From contig DASWWW010000001.1 of the NCBI GenBank assembly GCA_036400935.1, positions 118,375 to 182,374 of the forward strand: a stretch of DNA of 64,000 nt. Direction: 5' to 3'. This document shows positions 26,625 to 35,256 of this stretch, piece by piece; the stretch's first letter is position 1; the number at the start of each line of letters is the position of its first letter. The stretch is from Minisyncoccota bacterium. GTDB taxonomy: Bacteria; Patescibacteriota; Minisyncoccia; Phycocordibacterales; UBA6065. The notes beneath the pieces are model-generated. The model was not told where the DNA came from. It saw only the letters and a list, made by a program, of their open reading frames with translations, and did no database searches. A program made the position numbers and the translations under genes.

Positions 26625-27026
26625 ATGTTCTGGAACCGATATTTCATCCCGTCCTTCGTGCTCATGGTCATAATCGCGGCCTTGCATTGGGTCGGATCGC
26701 TCTCGGATTACTATTCGGCAGACTCGTTGTTCGATGTCCCGATGCATTTCATGGGTGGGGCATGGGTGGCGCTCTTTGCGCTCTGGTTTATCGCTACGCA
26801 GTACGGCGCCTTTCTGCGAAAATTCCTGTCTGTCCGCAATCTTCTTGTCTTTGTATTCGTGTTCGGCGTCGCTTGGGAGTTTCTCGAGCTCGCCCTGAAG
26901 TTCAATACCATATACGACACCGGCTACGGCTTTGATACGACGGTCGACCTTATCATGGACATGATCGGAGCGACGGTCGTCGTGCGATTGTACGGAAAAT
27001 ATTTCTCTAATCAAGAGATCAAATAA
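26625..27026 (+). CDS. small integral membrane protein (hypothetical, VanZ-like topology)
   Basis: It has four hydrophobic segments. Confidence 0.5.
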   Translation: MFWNRYFIPSFVLMVIIAALHWVGSLSDYYSADSLFDVPMHFMGGAWVALFALWFIATQYGAFLRKFLSVRNLLVFVFVFGVAWEFLELALKFNTIYDTGYGFDTTVDLIMDMIGATVVVRLYGKYFSNQEIK

Positions 27027-27027
27027 T

Positions 27028-28401
27028 ATGAAAGGCTACACGCTCACAGGCTGCGGGGGAATAGGCAACGCCACGGGCGCCAATTTTCTGCTGAAGACCC
27101 CTGACATGAAGATCCTCGTCGATTGTGGCCTTGTGCAAGGGTCGAAAGAGCAGTCTCTCGAGAACCGCGACGCCTTTCCGTATCAGGCTGGCGACATCTC
27201 GTACCTTTTGGTCACGCACGCTCACATGGATCATATCGGCCGCATCCCAAAGCTCGTGAGGGAGGGCTTTGCGGGAACGATCTATTCGACAGCCGAGACC
27301 AGGGAGCTCGCCGCTATCATGCTCGAGGACGCCCAGATGCTCCTTGCCCGCGAGGCAAAGAACGGGGGATACGAGCCGCTGTACGAAAAATCGCATATCT
27401 TCGAGGCGATGGCTCTCTGGAAGACCGTGCCGTACCATCAGAATTTTTCTATCTCGAAGAACATCTCTTTCTATCTCAAAGATGCTGGCCACATACTCGG
27501 TTCGGCAATAGTGGAAATGACGATTACGACCGATGAGGGGCAGAAGAAGATCGCCTTTACCGGCGATCTCGGCAACTCTCCGACGCCGCTTTTGCGCGAT
27601 ACCGAATACGTTACCGACGCCGATTTCATGGTGATCGAGAGCGTATACGGTGACAGGAATCATGAGCCAAAAGACCAGCGCGACGCTAAGCTGAAGAGGA
27701 TTTTGCTCGAAACGCTCAATCGCGGCGGCACCGTGGTCATCCCCGCATTCTCGCTCGAGCGCACCCAGGTGATCCTGTATGAAGTGAACAATCTCGTCGA
27801 GAGGAAGGAGCTTCCCGCCGTCCCGGTATTTATGGACGCGCCGCTCGGCAGTAAGGCGACCGAGATATACAAGGCTCACATAGAGAATTTCAATAAGGCG
27901 GTCCAGGACGCCATCATGGCGGGCGACGACATCTTCGATTTCCCGGGATTGCGCATGGTCCGCAATCCGGACGAGTCCCGCGCCATCCATTCGATGAAGG
28001 AGCCAAAGATAATTATTGCCGGTTCAGGCATGTCCGTCGGCGGGCGAGTGCTCAGCCATGAGAAGTTCTATCTGGAAGACGCCAATGCCACCATTCTCCT
28101 CGTCGGCTATCAGGTGCCGGGCAGCCTCGGCCGCAAGATCGAGGAAAAGGTTCCGGATCTCGTCATTGAGGGCGAAAAGGTCAAAGTCCGCGCGCGTATC
28201 GAGAAAATCTCGGGCTACTCGTCGCACAAGGACTCGAACAATCTCGTCGAATTCGTATCTCATACCGCGCAGAAATTGCAGAGGATATTTGTGGCCATGG
28301 GTGAGACCAAGTCATCATCGTTCCTCGCGCAGCGATTGCGCGCCGAAGTCGGCGTCGACGCAGTCGTGCCGGAGAAGAATAGGGAATACGAGCTGTTTTA
28401 G
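27028..28401 (+). CDS. beta-CASP family metallo-beta-lactamase-fold ribonuclease (RNase J/CPSF-like)
   Basis: It has the HAHMDH(IG) motif plus downstream beta-CASP Asp/His motifs and an RNA-specificity C-terminal region. Confidence 0.8.
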   Translation: MKGYTLTGCGGIGNATGANFLLKTPDMKILVDCGLVQGSKEQSLENRDAFPYQAGDISYLLVTHAHMDHIGRIPKLVREGFAGTIYSTAETRELAAIMLEDAQMLLAREAKNGGYEPLYEKSHIFEAMALWKTVPYHQNFSISKNISFYLKDAGHILGSAIVEMTITTDEGQKKIAFTGDLGNSPTPLLRDTEYVTDADFMVIESVYGDRNHEPKDQRDAKLKRILLETLNRGGTVVIPAFSLERTQVILYEVNNLVERKELPAVPVFMDAPLGSKATEIYKAHIENFNKAVQDAIMAGDDIFDFPGLRMVRNPDESRAIHSMKEPKIIIAGSGMSVGGRVLSHEKFYLEDANATILLVGYQVPGSLGRKIEEKVPDLVIEGEKVKVRARIEKISGYSSHKDSNNLVEFVSHTAQKLQRIFVAMGETKSSSFLAQRLRAEVGVDAVVPEKNREYELF

Positions 28402-28581
28402 GACGTCATTTGCATTCGGGAAAGGGTGTGCTATAAATATCCTTACCTATGAAATATAAACATAGAGCATTACTCAAAAATTCCCTCGCAGGAATTGTGT
28501 TCTATAGCTAAACCGCCAGAAATGGCGGTTTTTGCTTTTTAATAGGTGAAATTAGAGGCGCGGTTATAATTAGTTAACTGT

Positions 28582-30381
28582 ATGAAACAAGACAAAGCCG
28601 TATTGTTAGAGGGTCTCAAGGCAAAAGTCGGCGAGGTTCAGGGCAAGATCGAGGCCGAGAAGGGCCGCATCAAAGGTCTGGCCACAAAGACGGGCTCTCA
28701 GATCAAGGCGCTCGAGAATGACGACCGCATGGTCTACCTGAACCTGCGCGCCTATACCGAGGAGCGCCTGATCGAGCTCGCGCAGCTCTTTGGTTCGCCA
28801 TTCTTCGTGAAGTGCGACCTTGTGTACAAGAAGACGGGCAAGCAACGGTCTTTGTATTTCGCAAAGAATTCCTTTATCGAGGAGGGGATATACTCATGGG
28901 TCGCGCCGGTATCATCCGTGCGCTTCGAGAGCCCGGGCAAGGTCACATACAAGCTGCCGAACGGATCAGTAGAGGAGGCGATGATGGTCAAGAAGGAGCA
29001 GTACATGATCGTCGACGGCAAGATCATGTTCTTCGCCACAGAGACTGTCGATTCTCCACGGGAACTCATACATCAGGAGCATCTCGCATCGCGCAAATCA
29101 GGCTTCATGCTGCCTGAAATCGTTGCTCTTATGGAAAAGGCGCAGGATGCCGTCATTCGCGCCCATCACAAGGGATCGTTCGTGATCTCCGGTCCTGCGG
29201 GATCCGGAAAGACCACACTTGCTCTGCATCGCGTGGCGTATCTCATCCAGTCGCCGGATAGCGCCCATCTGTACCACGACAATTCCGTCATCGTATTTGT
29301 CCAGGACAATGGCACCAAGGACTACTTCTCGCACCTCTTGCCGGAACTGGGCATCAACAGGGTTCGTATCACGACGTTCTTCGAATGGGCGGATGAAATA
29401 CTTGATCTGAAGGGTGCGAAATATGTGCCGACGCTCGACCTTGCTGGCGAAGGTGCCGAGACGTTTGAATACGAGAAGCTCAAGATTCTGCGAGGGACGG
29501 GCTCGCCGAAGTGGTCTGGAAATTATGTCGCGTATCTGGATCAGGCGTACAAGAAGTTGCCGCCCGCGCATGCCGCGCTCTGGCTTGAGCAGAAAAAGAC
29601 CGGCGCTATCGACCGCATCGATCTTACCTTGCTCATGAAGGCCCTGCACAAGACCGAGGGAGGGGTGAAGGTCATCCGAAACTACCAGTCATACAAGAAC
29701 GGCAAGTACTCGCCGATAAAAAGAACGATTCCAGTCGAGTACCGGCTGATGATCATCGACGAGTTCCAGAATTATATGCCCGAGCAGCTCGCCGTGCTCA
29801 AAAGTTGCCTTTCCGAAGAGACGCAGTCGGCCGTATTCGTGGGCGATATGGCTCAGCAGGTTTACCGCGGGACTATCAGGTCGTGGGAGCAGATCGGCGA
29901 AGTCGTTCCGCTTGATCGCAACGTCAGGCTTCACAAGGTGTACCGAAACACACGCCAGATTCTGGAATATATTCGCGGATTAGGATATGCGGTCGAGATA
30001 CCGGAAGGCATAAAAGACGGGCCGAAAGTCGCCGAAAAAGATGTTGACGTCATGGGCGCACGTGTCCACGTCGCCGAGCTCATAAAAAGCAATCCAGGTA
30101 AAATGGCTGGTCTTATCTTTGCCGACGCAAGAGATATCGAGTTCTATAAGAAGGAATACGACGGCAGCGAATCGGTCCGCATAGCGACCATGATCGAGAC
30201 GCAGGGCGTCGAGTTCGATATTACATGCCTGATTGGAATGCCGAAGAGCGGGGGAGAGACCCAGCATATGGCGACGCTTTCGAATGATCAAATAAAAGAA
30301 GAGGAGAAAATCCGGAAGGATCTCATGTATGTGGCACTTACCCGCGCCATGAGCGAGATGCATGTGCTCAGGATCTTGTAG
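28582..30381 (+). CDS. UvrD/Rep/HelD-like superfamily 1 helicase with a coiled-coil N-terminal domain
   Basis: It has Walker A (GPAGSGKTTLALHR), Walker B (IIDEFQN) and motif VI (YVALTRA). Confidence 0.75.
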   Translation: MKQDKAVLLEGLKAKVGEVQGKIEAEKGRIKGLATKTGSQIKALENDDRMVYLNLRAYTEERLIELAQLFGSPFFVKCDLVYKKTGKQRSLYFAKNSFIEEGIYSWVAPVSSVRFESPGKVTYKLPNGSVEEAMMVKKEQYMIVDGKIMFFATETVDSPRELIHQEHLASRKSGFMLPEIVALMEKAQDAVIRAHHKGSFVISGPAGSGKTTLALHRVAYLIQSPDSAHLYHDNSVIVFVQDNGTKDYFSHLLPELGINRVRITTFFEWADEILDLKGAKYVPTLDLAGEGAETFEYEKLKILRGTGSPKWSGNYVAYLDQAYKKLPPAHAALWLEQKKTGAIDRIDLTLLMKALHKTEGGVKVIRNYQSYKNGKYSPIKRTIPVEYRLMIIDEFQNYMPEQLAVLKSCLSEETQSAVFVGDMAQQVYRGTIRSWEQIGEVVPLDRNVRLHKVYRNTRQILEYIRGLGYAVEIPEGIKDGPKVAEKDVDVMGARVHVAELIKSNPGKMAGLIFADARDIEFYKKEYDGSESVRIATMIETQGVEFDITCLIGMPKSGGETQHMATLSNDQIKEEEKIRKDLMYVALTRAMSEMHVLRIL

Positions 30382-30390
30382 AAATCCAAC

Positions 30391-30425
30391 AAAAAAACCG
30401 CCGAGTGGCGGTTTTTTTATTGTTT
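30391..30425. terminator. bidirectional terminator (AAAAAAACCGCCGAGTGGCGGTTTTTTT)
   Basis: The hairpin is flanked by an A-run and a T-run, between convergent genes. Confidence 0.7.
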
Positions 30426-30768
30426 ATTTTACCTGTGAGACGAATCGGTCGAATGTCTCTGGGTTGTTGTGAGCGATGTCGGCGAGGATCTTTCGATCTA
30501 CTGCGATGCCCATTTTCTTTACCTGGCCCATGAACTTCGAGTAAGAGATGCCTTTTGCGTCGAGAGCCGCATTGATCTTGGTGATGTTGAGGCTTCGTCG
30601 GTCAGACTTCTTGTCGCGGCGGTGGGCGAAAGCCGATGCGCCTGCGTGTGAGATTGCCTCGTACGCTGCTCGCTCGTTAGTCGATCGGCGGAATCGGAAG
30701 CCCTTTGCCGCCTTGAGGATATTCTTTCGTGTCTTGAGTGCGTTTACGCCCTTTTTTACTCGTGCCAT
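30424..30768 (-). CDS. rplT: 50S ribosomal protein L20
   Basis: L20 homology is present. Confidence 0.92.
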   Translation of the reverse strand: MARVKKGVNALKTRKNILKAAKGFRFRRSTNERAAYEAISHAGASAFAHRRDKKSDRRSLNITKINAALDAKGISYSKFMGQVKKMGIAVDRKILADIAHNNPETFDRFVSQVK

Positions 30769-30789
30769 GGTGGTTCTTGTTAATTAAAA

Positions 30790-30978
30790 TTATTTGATTC
30801 CTGAGAGGAAGCGAGACTTGTCCTTCATAGTCATGTGGAAGACGGTAAGGGTGCCTTTCTTGATCTGAGATCGGCCGCTTTCTTTTGCGTTGAAGTGGTT
30901 CTGGCCAGGGCGTCGGGCAAGGATCTTGCCGTTCTTCGTGACCTTGAGCCTCTTTGCGTATGATTTGTTAGTCTTCAT
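30790..30978 (-). CDS. rpmI: 50S ribosomal protein L35
   Basis: L35 homology is present. Confidence 0.88.
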   Translation of the reverse strand: MKTNKSYAKRLKVTKNGKILARRPGQNHFNAKESGRSQIKKGTLTVFHMTMKDKSRFLSGIK

Positions 30979-31073
30979 GACTTTTTGAGAAAAAATAAGA
31001 GCCCATTTGAGTACCGGGCTGTTAGGGGACAGTCTAACAGATTCTGGCGATTTGTCCAGCTTTTGGCCCTGAT

Positions 31074-31586
31074 TTAGGCCTTTTCGATAACGATAGTGAG
31101 GCCTTTAGGGCTTTTTGTAGGCTTTTCAGCCACTTTGTGGTTCTCCGTAATGAGGGTAAGCACGCGCTGGAGCCTTTCCTCGAGGAATTTCGGATCCATG
31201 TATTTCGATCGGCCGGGGAGGAAGAGGTCGATCTTGATGCGGTGGCCTTCCTTGAGCCATTCCGAAGCCTTCTTGGCCTTGAGGCCGAGGTCGTGGTCGC
31301 CAGTGCCGATCTTTACCTGGAGGGTCTTGAGCTCGATGGTGTGAGCCTTTGCCTTTGCTGCCTTTTCCTTCTTGCTCTCCTCGTACGCGAACTTGCCGTA
31401 GTCGGTGATCTTTGCCACCGGAGGCATGGCGTTAGGGGAGATCTCGATCAGGTCGAGTCCCGCGTCGTGAGCCTTCTGGAGGGCTTCGCTGATGGTAAGG
31501 ATGCCGTAATTCTCGCCTTCAGGGCCGATTACGCGCACCTGAGGGACTTTGATCTGATGATTTATTCGTGTTCTGTCTTTTGCCAT
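31074..31586 (-). CDS. infC: translation initiation factor IF-3; the start is ambiguous (31586, 31604 or 31634)
   Basis: The IF3 N- and C-domains are present and the gene sits in the infC-rpmI-rplT order. IF3 often uses atypical start codons. Confidence 0.85.
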   Translation of the reverse strand: MAKDRTRINHQIKVPQVRVIGPEGENYGILTISEALQKAHDAGLDLIEISPNAMPPVAKITDYGKFAYEESKKEKAAKAKAHTIELKTLQVKIGTGDHDLGLKAKKASEWLKEGHRIKIDLFLPGRSKYMDPKFLEERLQRVLTLITENHKVAEKPTKSPKGLTIVIEKA

Positions 31587-31689
31587 GTCCCATGATTTAA
31601 GCATATTTTGGGGGTTTGGGCAATTTGGCTCCATTCCGCCAAAGACACTGTCCGGTTTCGCACAGTGGTCCGCTGGCCGGATCCAGATA

Positions 31690-31713
31690 TGTAAAGTTTA
31701 CTTTACATAGTAT
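31690..31713 (+). promoter_or_regulatory. operator palindrome TGTAAAGT-TT-ACTTTACA abutting a -10 TAGTAT, upstream of the XRE gene
   Basis: It is a perfect 8 bp inverted repeat with a 2 bp spacer that overlaps the promoter, 20 nt before the ATG. Confidence 0.55.
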
Positions 31714-31731
31714 CCTTGCTATCATGGCAGC

Positions 31732-31938
31732 ATGGCACAAGAATCAGTTCGGAACAGCGTATACGAGTTGAGGTCAAAAAAAGGCGCCACTCAGGAGGAT
31801 CTGGCACAGGCGGCTGGCGTGACGCGCCAGACTATTATAGCCATTGAAAAGGGCAACTACGTGCCTTCGGTATTATTGGCGCTGAAGCTGGCCCGCTTTT
31901 TCAGAGTCCGGGTCGAAGAGGTTTTTAAAATTTCATAA
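31732..31938 (+). CDS. XRE-family HTH transcriptional regulator (YozG-like, 68 aa)
   Basis: It has the HTH motif (ATQEDLAQAAGVTRQTIIAIEKG). Confidence 0.85.
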   Translation: MAQESVRNSVYELRSKKGATQEDLAQAAGVTRQTIIAIEKGNYVPSVLLALKLARFFRVRVEEVFKIS

Positions 31939-31942
31939 TCTT

Positions 31943-32293
31943 ATGGCAAAAGACATACTCGTACCTGCGGTTTTCATAGCATTGCTCGCGCTCCTTCTTG
32001 AGCCGTTCGGTTTCATGCCATCGATGGCCGTCATGACCGTACTTATCCTTTGCGTCGCGGCATTTGCCCTGTTCGCGCTCTTTATCTGGAGGGAGAAAGG
32101 CGATGATGAAAGGGAGCGGGTGCATATCAATCGCGCTGACAGGATCGGTTTCATTTTCGGCGCCGTGGTCCTGCTTGCGGCTATCGTGGCTCAGTCGCTT
32201 GCGCATATGCTTTCGCCTTGGCTCGTGGCCGCTCTCGTCGCCATGGTCGCGGCAAAGGCGGTAGCGCTTATTTATCAGAAAAATACTAACTAA
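31943..32293 (+). CDS. small membrane protein co-transcribed with the XRE regulator (DUF2178-like pairing)
   Basis: It has 3-4 TM segments and sits 4 nt after the XRE stop. Confidence 0.55.
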   Translation: MAKDILVPAVFIALLALLLEPFGFMPSMAVMTVLILCVAAFALFALFIWREKGDDERERVHINRADRIGFIFGAVVLLAAIVAQSLAHMLSPWLVAALVAMVAAKAVALIYQKNTN

Positions 32294-32294
32294 T

Positions 32295-33002
32295 ATGATA
32301 GACGTATCTTTGCCCGTAGCCTTCCTTGCTGGCCTGGTGTCGTTCGCGTCACCGTGCGTCTTACCTATCATTCCCGGGTTTCTAGCCTATGTCGCCGGCA
32401 CGACTCTGGGAGAGAATGCGAAGAGGCGCGATATCTTCCTTGCCAGCCTGTTTTTCGTGCTCGGATTCTCTATCGTGTTCGCGCTGCTCGGAGTGCTTCT
32501 CAATACGGTGCTTGCGGGAGTCGCGTACGGGGCGCAAGCGTGGCTGTCCCGCATAGGGGGAGTGATCATTATCGTCTTTGGCCTCTATCTGACGGGGCTT
32601 CTGAGCATCCCTGCATTGTCCAGAGCCCATACGATGCACGTGAGCGTAAAGAAGCACTCGCGCTACCTTACTTCGTTCCTGTTTGGTTTCGCTTTCGCCG
32701 CGGGATGGACGCCGTGCGTTGGCGCGATACTTGGGGCGATCATTGCCTTGGCTGCATCTAATCCGGGTTCGGCCTTCGCGCTCCTTCTTTCGTATTCGAT
32801 CGGGCTCGGCGTGCCGTTCCTTCTTGTCGGCATTTTCGCTAGCCAGGCGACGGGATTTATCGCGCGGCACTCGAGGGCGTTCCAGACTCTCAGTAAAGTG
32901 TTCGGGGCGATCCTGGTCGTCTTGGGGATATTGGTATTCACCCAGGAACTCTCTCGCATCGCGAGCTTCGGCTTCGTGAACGAGCTTCTTTTAAAATTGT
33001 AA
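32295..33002 (+). CDS. ccdA: cytochrome c-type biogenesis / thiol:disulfide interchange membrane protein CcdA (DsbD TM domain)
   Basis: It has the two conserved Cys motifs (SPCVLP and WTPCVG) and 6 TM segments. Confidence 0.85.
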   Translation: MIDVSLPVAFLAGLVSFASPCVLPIIPGFLAYVAGTTLGENAKRRDIFLASLFFVLGFSIVFALLGVLLNTVLAGVAYGAQAWLSRIGGVIIIVFGLYLTGLLSIPALSRAHTMHVSVKKHSRYLTSFLFGFAFAAGWTPCVGAILGAIIALAASNPGSAFALLLSYSIGLGVPFLLVGIFASQATGFIARHSRAFQTLSKVFGAILVVLGILVFTQELSRIASFGFVNELLLKL

Positions 33003-33015
33003 TCATCCAAATAAT

Positions 33016-34215
33016 ATGATGGGAACGAAACAAATCGTCGGATTGCTGATCGCTGTCGTGGCAATCGTCGGAGCTATCCTGTATCTGGGCAATGGCAAGG
33101 CGAGGCCTTCGGCCTTTGCTGGGCCCGCGCAGGAGATCATTTTGCCGATAGCGGGCGATAGCATGGCGTACGCCTCCACAACCCTTGGCGGCGATTCGAT
33201 GGCGACAGATCGGGCGGACGGATCGCGCGTCGCGGCGAAATCCGCCCGTTACGCCCGGGCAAAGGAGCTTGTTGCGCCTGCCGGCTTTATCAATACGGGC
33301 GGAAAGCCAATAAAGATTGCCGACTACGTGGGAAAGAAGGTGATATTGCTCGATATCATGACGTACAGCTGCATCAACTGCATCCGCACGTTCCCATATG
33401 TTACTGACTGGTACGCGAAGTACGAGGACAAGGGGCTCGTCGTGATCGGCATCCATACTCCCGAATTCGAGTTTGAAAAGAGTATAGATAATGTAACGGC
33501 TGCGATGCAGAAATACGGCGTCAAATTTCCCGTCGTGCTCGACAATGATTACGGCACATGGACCGCATACAACAACATGTATTGGCCGCGCAAGTATCTT
33601 ATCGATATTGACGGGTTTATCAGGTATGACCATATCGGGGAGGGCGGCTATGCCGAGACGGAGAAGGTGATTCGGGATCTGTTGAGGGAGCGAGCGGAAG
33701 TTCTGGACCAGAAGGTCGACCTGGATGTATCGGTAACGAAAGGGCAGTCGGAAGGAGGGTCTATCGGTCAGAGCCCCGAGACGTATATCGGCGGGGCCCG
33801 CAATGCGCTCCTCGCGAACGGCGAGCCTGGAACGTCGGGCGTCCAAGACCTTGTCGTGCCGCGGGAGCTTTCGACGAGCAGGCTGTATCTTGGCGGCTCG
33901 TGGAATATCCAGCCTGAACACGCGGAAAGCGTCGGCGCGGGGTCGAGCATCGTCTATCCGTTCATCGCGAAGAAGGTTTTCCTCGTGATGTCTTCGGATA
34001 TCGCCATGGACGTCGAGGTGCTTGTTGACGGTAAGCCGGTGGCAGCAAGCGACAGGGGCGAGGACGTCAGGGCTTTTGGAAACAGGTCTGTAGTTACGGT
34101 TTCCGAATCCCGCCTCTATTCGCTGTATGCCGGCGCCGCGTCAGGCCGCCATACAATAACACTTATTGCGCCGGGCAAGGGCTTGAGAGCATTTGCCTTT
34201 ACGTTCGGCGGATAG
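33016..34215 (+). CDS. membrane-anchored thioredoxin-like (TlpA/ResA/Etrx-like) protein with an extra C-terminal domain
   Basis: It has an N-terminal TM, a CxxC motif (SCINC) in a redoxin fold, and a roughly 170 aa C-terminal beta-rich domain. Confidence 0.75.
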   Translation: MMGTKQIVGLLIAVVAIVGAILYLGNGKARPSAFAGPAQEIILPIAGDSMAYASTTLGGDSMATDRADGSRVAAKSARYARAKELVAPAGFINTGGKPIKIADYVGKKVILLDIMTYSCINCIRTFPYVTDWYAKYEDKGLVVIGIHTPEFEFEKSIDNVTAAMQKYGVKFPVVLDNDYGTWTAYNNMYWPRKYLIDIDGFIRYDHIGEGGYAETEKVIRDLLRERAEVLDQKVDLDVSVTKGQSEGGSIGQSPETYIGGARNALLANGEPGTSGVQDLVVPRELSTSRLYLGGSWNIQPEHAESVGAGSSIVYPFIAKKVFLVMSSDIAMDVEVLVDGKPVAASDRGEDVRAFGNRSVVTVSESRLYSLYAGAASGRHTITLIAPGKGLRAFAFTFGG

Positions 34216-34238
34216 GGATTTCTAATCACTATATTTCT

Positions 34239-34793
34239 ATGGACAATAAGAGCGCGGCGGTATTCGGCGGAGGCTGCTTCTGGTGCACGGAGGCGGTATT
34301 CAACATGCTCAAGGGCGTGTCGAAAGTCGTGCCTGGCTATTCGGGCGGAGCAAAGCCCAATCCGATATACGAGGAGGTCTGCAATGGTAACACCGGCCAT
34401 GTCGAGGTGGTGCGCGTTGAGTACGATCCTGCCTTGATCGACTATTCCGACCTGCTGACTGTATTTTTCGGCAGCCATGATCCGACTACGAAGGATCGGC
34501 AGGGAAATGACGTCGGTACGCAGTACCGATCTGTCATTTTCTATACGACGCCTGAGCAGAAGGTCGCGGCAGAGAAATTCATCGCCGATATAAACGCTTC
34601 GAGCGCGAATGGCAAGCCGATTGTTACCGTTGTCGAGCCTTTGGCGAATTTCTATGAGGCCGAGAACTACCATCACGACTATTTTGCCCGCAATCCTCAG
34701 AATCCGTATTGCGAAGTGATCATAAATCCGAAATTGGCGAAGGTTGAGAAGCAGTTTTACGCCCTTGTGAAGGACGACGCCAAGAAGAAATAG
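34239..34793 (+). CDS. msrA: peptide methionine sulfoxide reductase A
   Basis: The GCFWC motif is present. Confidence 0.93.
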   Translation: MDNKSAAVFGGGCFWCTEAVFNMLKGVSKVVPGYSGGAKPNPIYEEVCNGNTGHVEVVRVEYDPALIDYSDLLTVFFGSHDPTTKDRQGNDVGTQYRSVIFYTTPEQKVAAEKFIADINASSANGKPIVTVVEPLANFYEAENYHHDYFARNPQNPYCEVIINPKLAKVEKQFYALVKDDAKKK

Positions 34794-34806
34794 CTATCAG
34801 CTAATT

Positions 34807-35211
34807 TTGAAAATCAATATGAAAGATATCCCAAAGACGGAAGGTGAGTGGAAGAAGAATCTGACGCCCGAGCAGTATCAGGTCCTGCGCCAAAAGGGGA
34901 CAGAAGCGCCGTTTTCAGGAAGGCTCCTGCATGCCGACGCCGACGGCACGTATAAATGCACTGCTTGCGGCAATCCGCTGTTCTCGTCGGATGCGAAATT
35001 TGATTCGGGCACCGGTTGGCCGTCTTTTGATCAGGCTTTGCCCGGTGCTGTGAAGGAAATCACTGATGACTCGCATGGCATGCGACGCGTCGAGACCGTA
35101 TGCGCTCGCTGCGACTCGCACCTCGGTCACGTATTCGATGACGGCCCGACGGCGACAGGCAAGAGGTACTGCATGAATTCGGTTTGCCTCGATCTGGAGG
35201 AGAAGAAATAG
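34807..35211 (+). CDS. msrB: peptide methionine sulfoxide reductase B
   Basis: It has the CxxC..CxxC zinc site and the RxCxN-like catalytic region (VCARCDSHLGHVF). Confidence 0.92.
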   Translation: MKINMKDIPKTEGEWKKNLTPEQYQVLRQKGTEAPFSGRLLHADADGTYKCTACGNPLFSSDAKFDSGTGWPSFDQALPGAVKEITDDSHGMRRVETVCARCDSHLGHVFDDGPTATGKRYCMNSVCLDLEEKK

Positions 35212-35256
35212 AAAAGCCGCCCGCAAGGGCGGCTTTTGTCGGTAATCGCTTTGCGA

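Noticed and set aside
31587-31634. Longer N-terminus for infC (MEPNCPNPQNMLKSWD...)
   Set aside because: The extension has no similarity to IF3 and no RBS. The conserved IF3 N-domain begins near MAKDRTRINHQIKVPQVRVI. It is kept as an alternative because infC often uses non-canonical starts.
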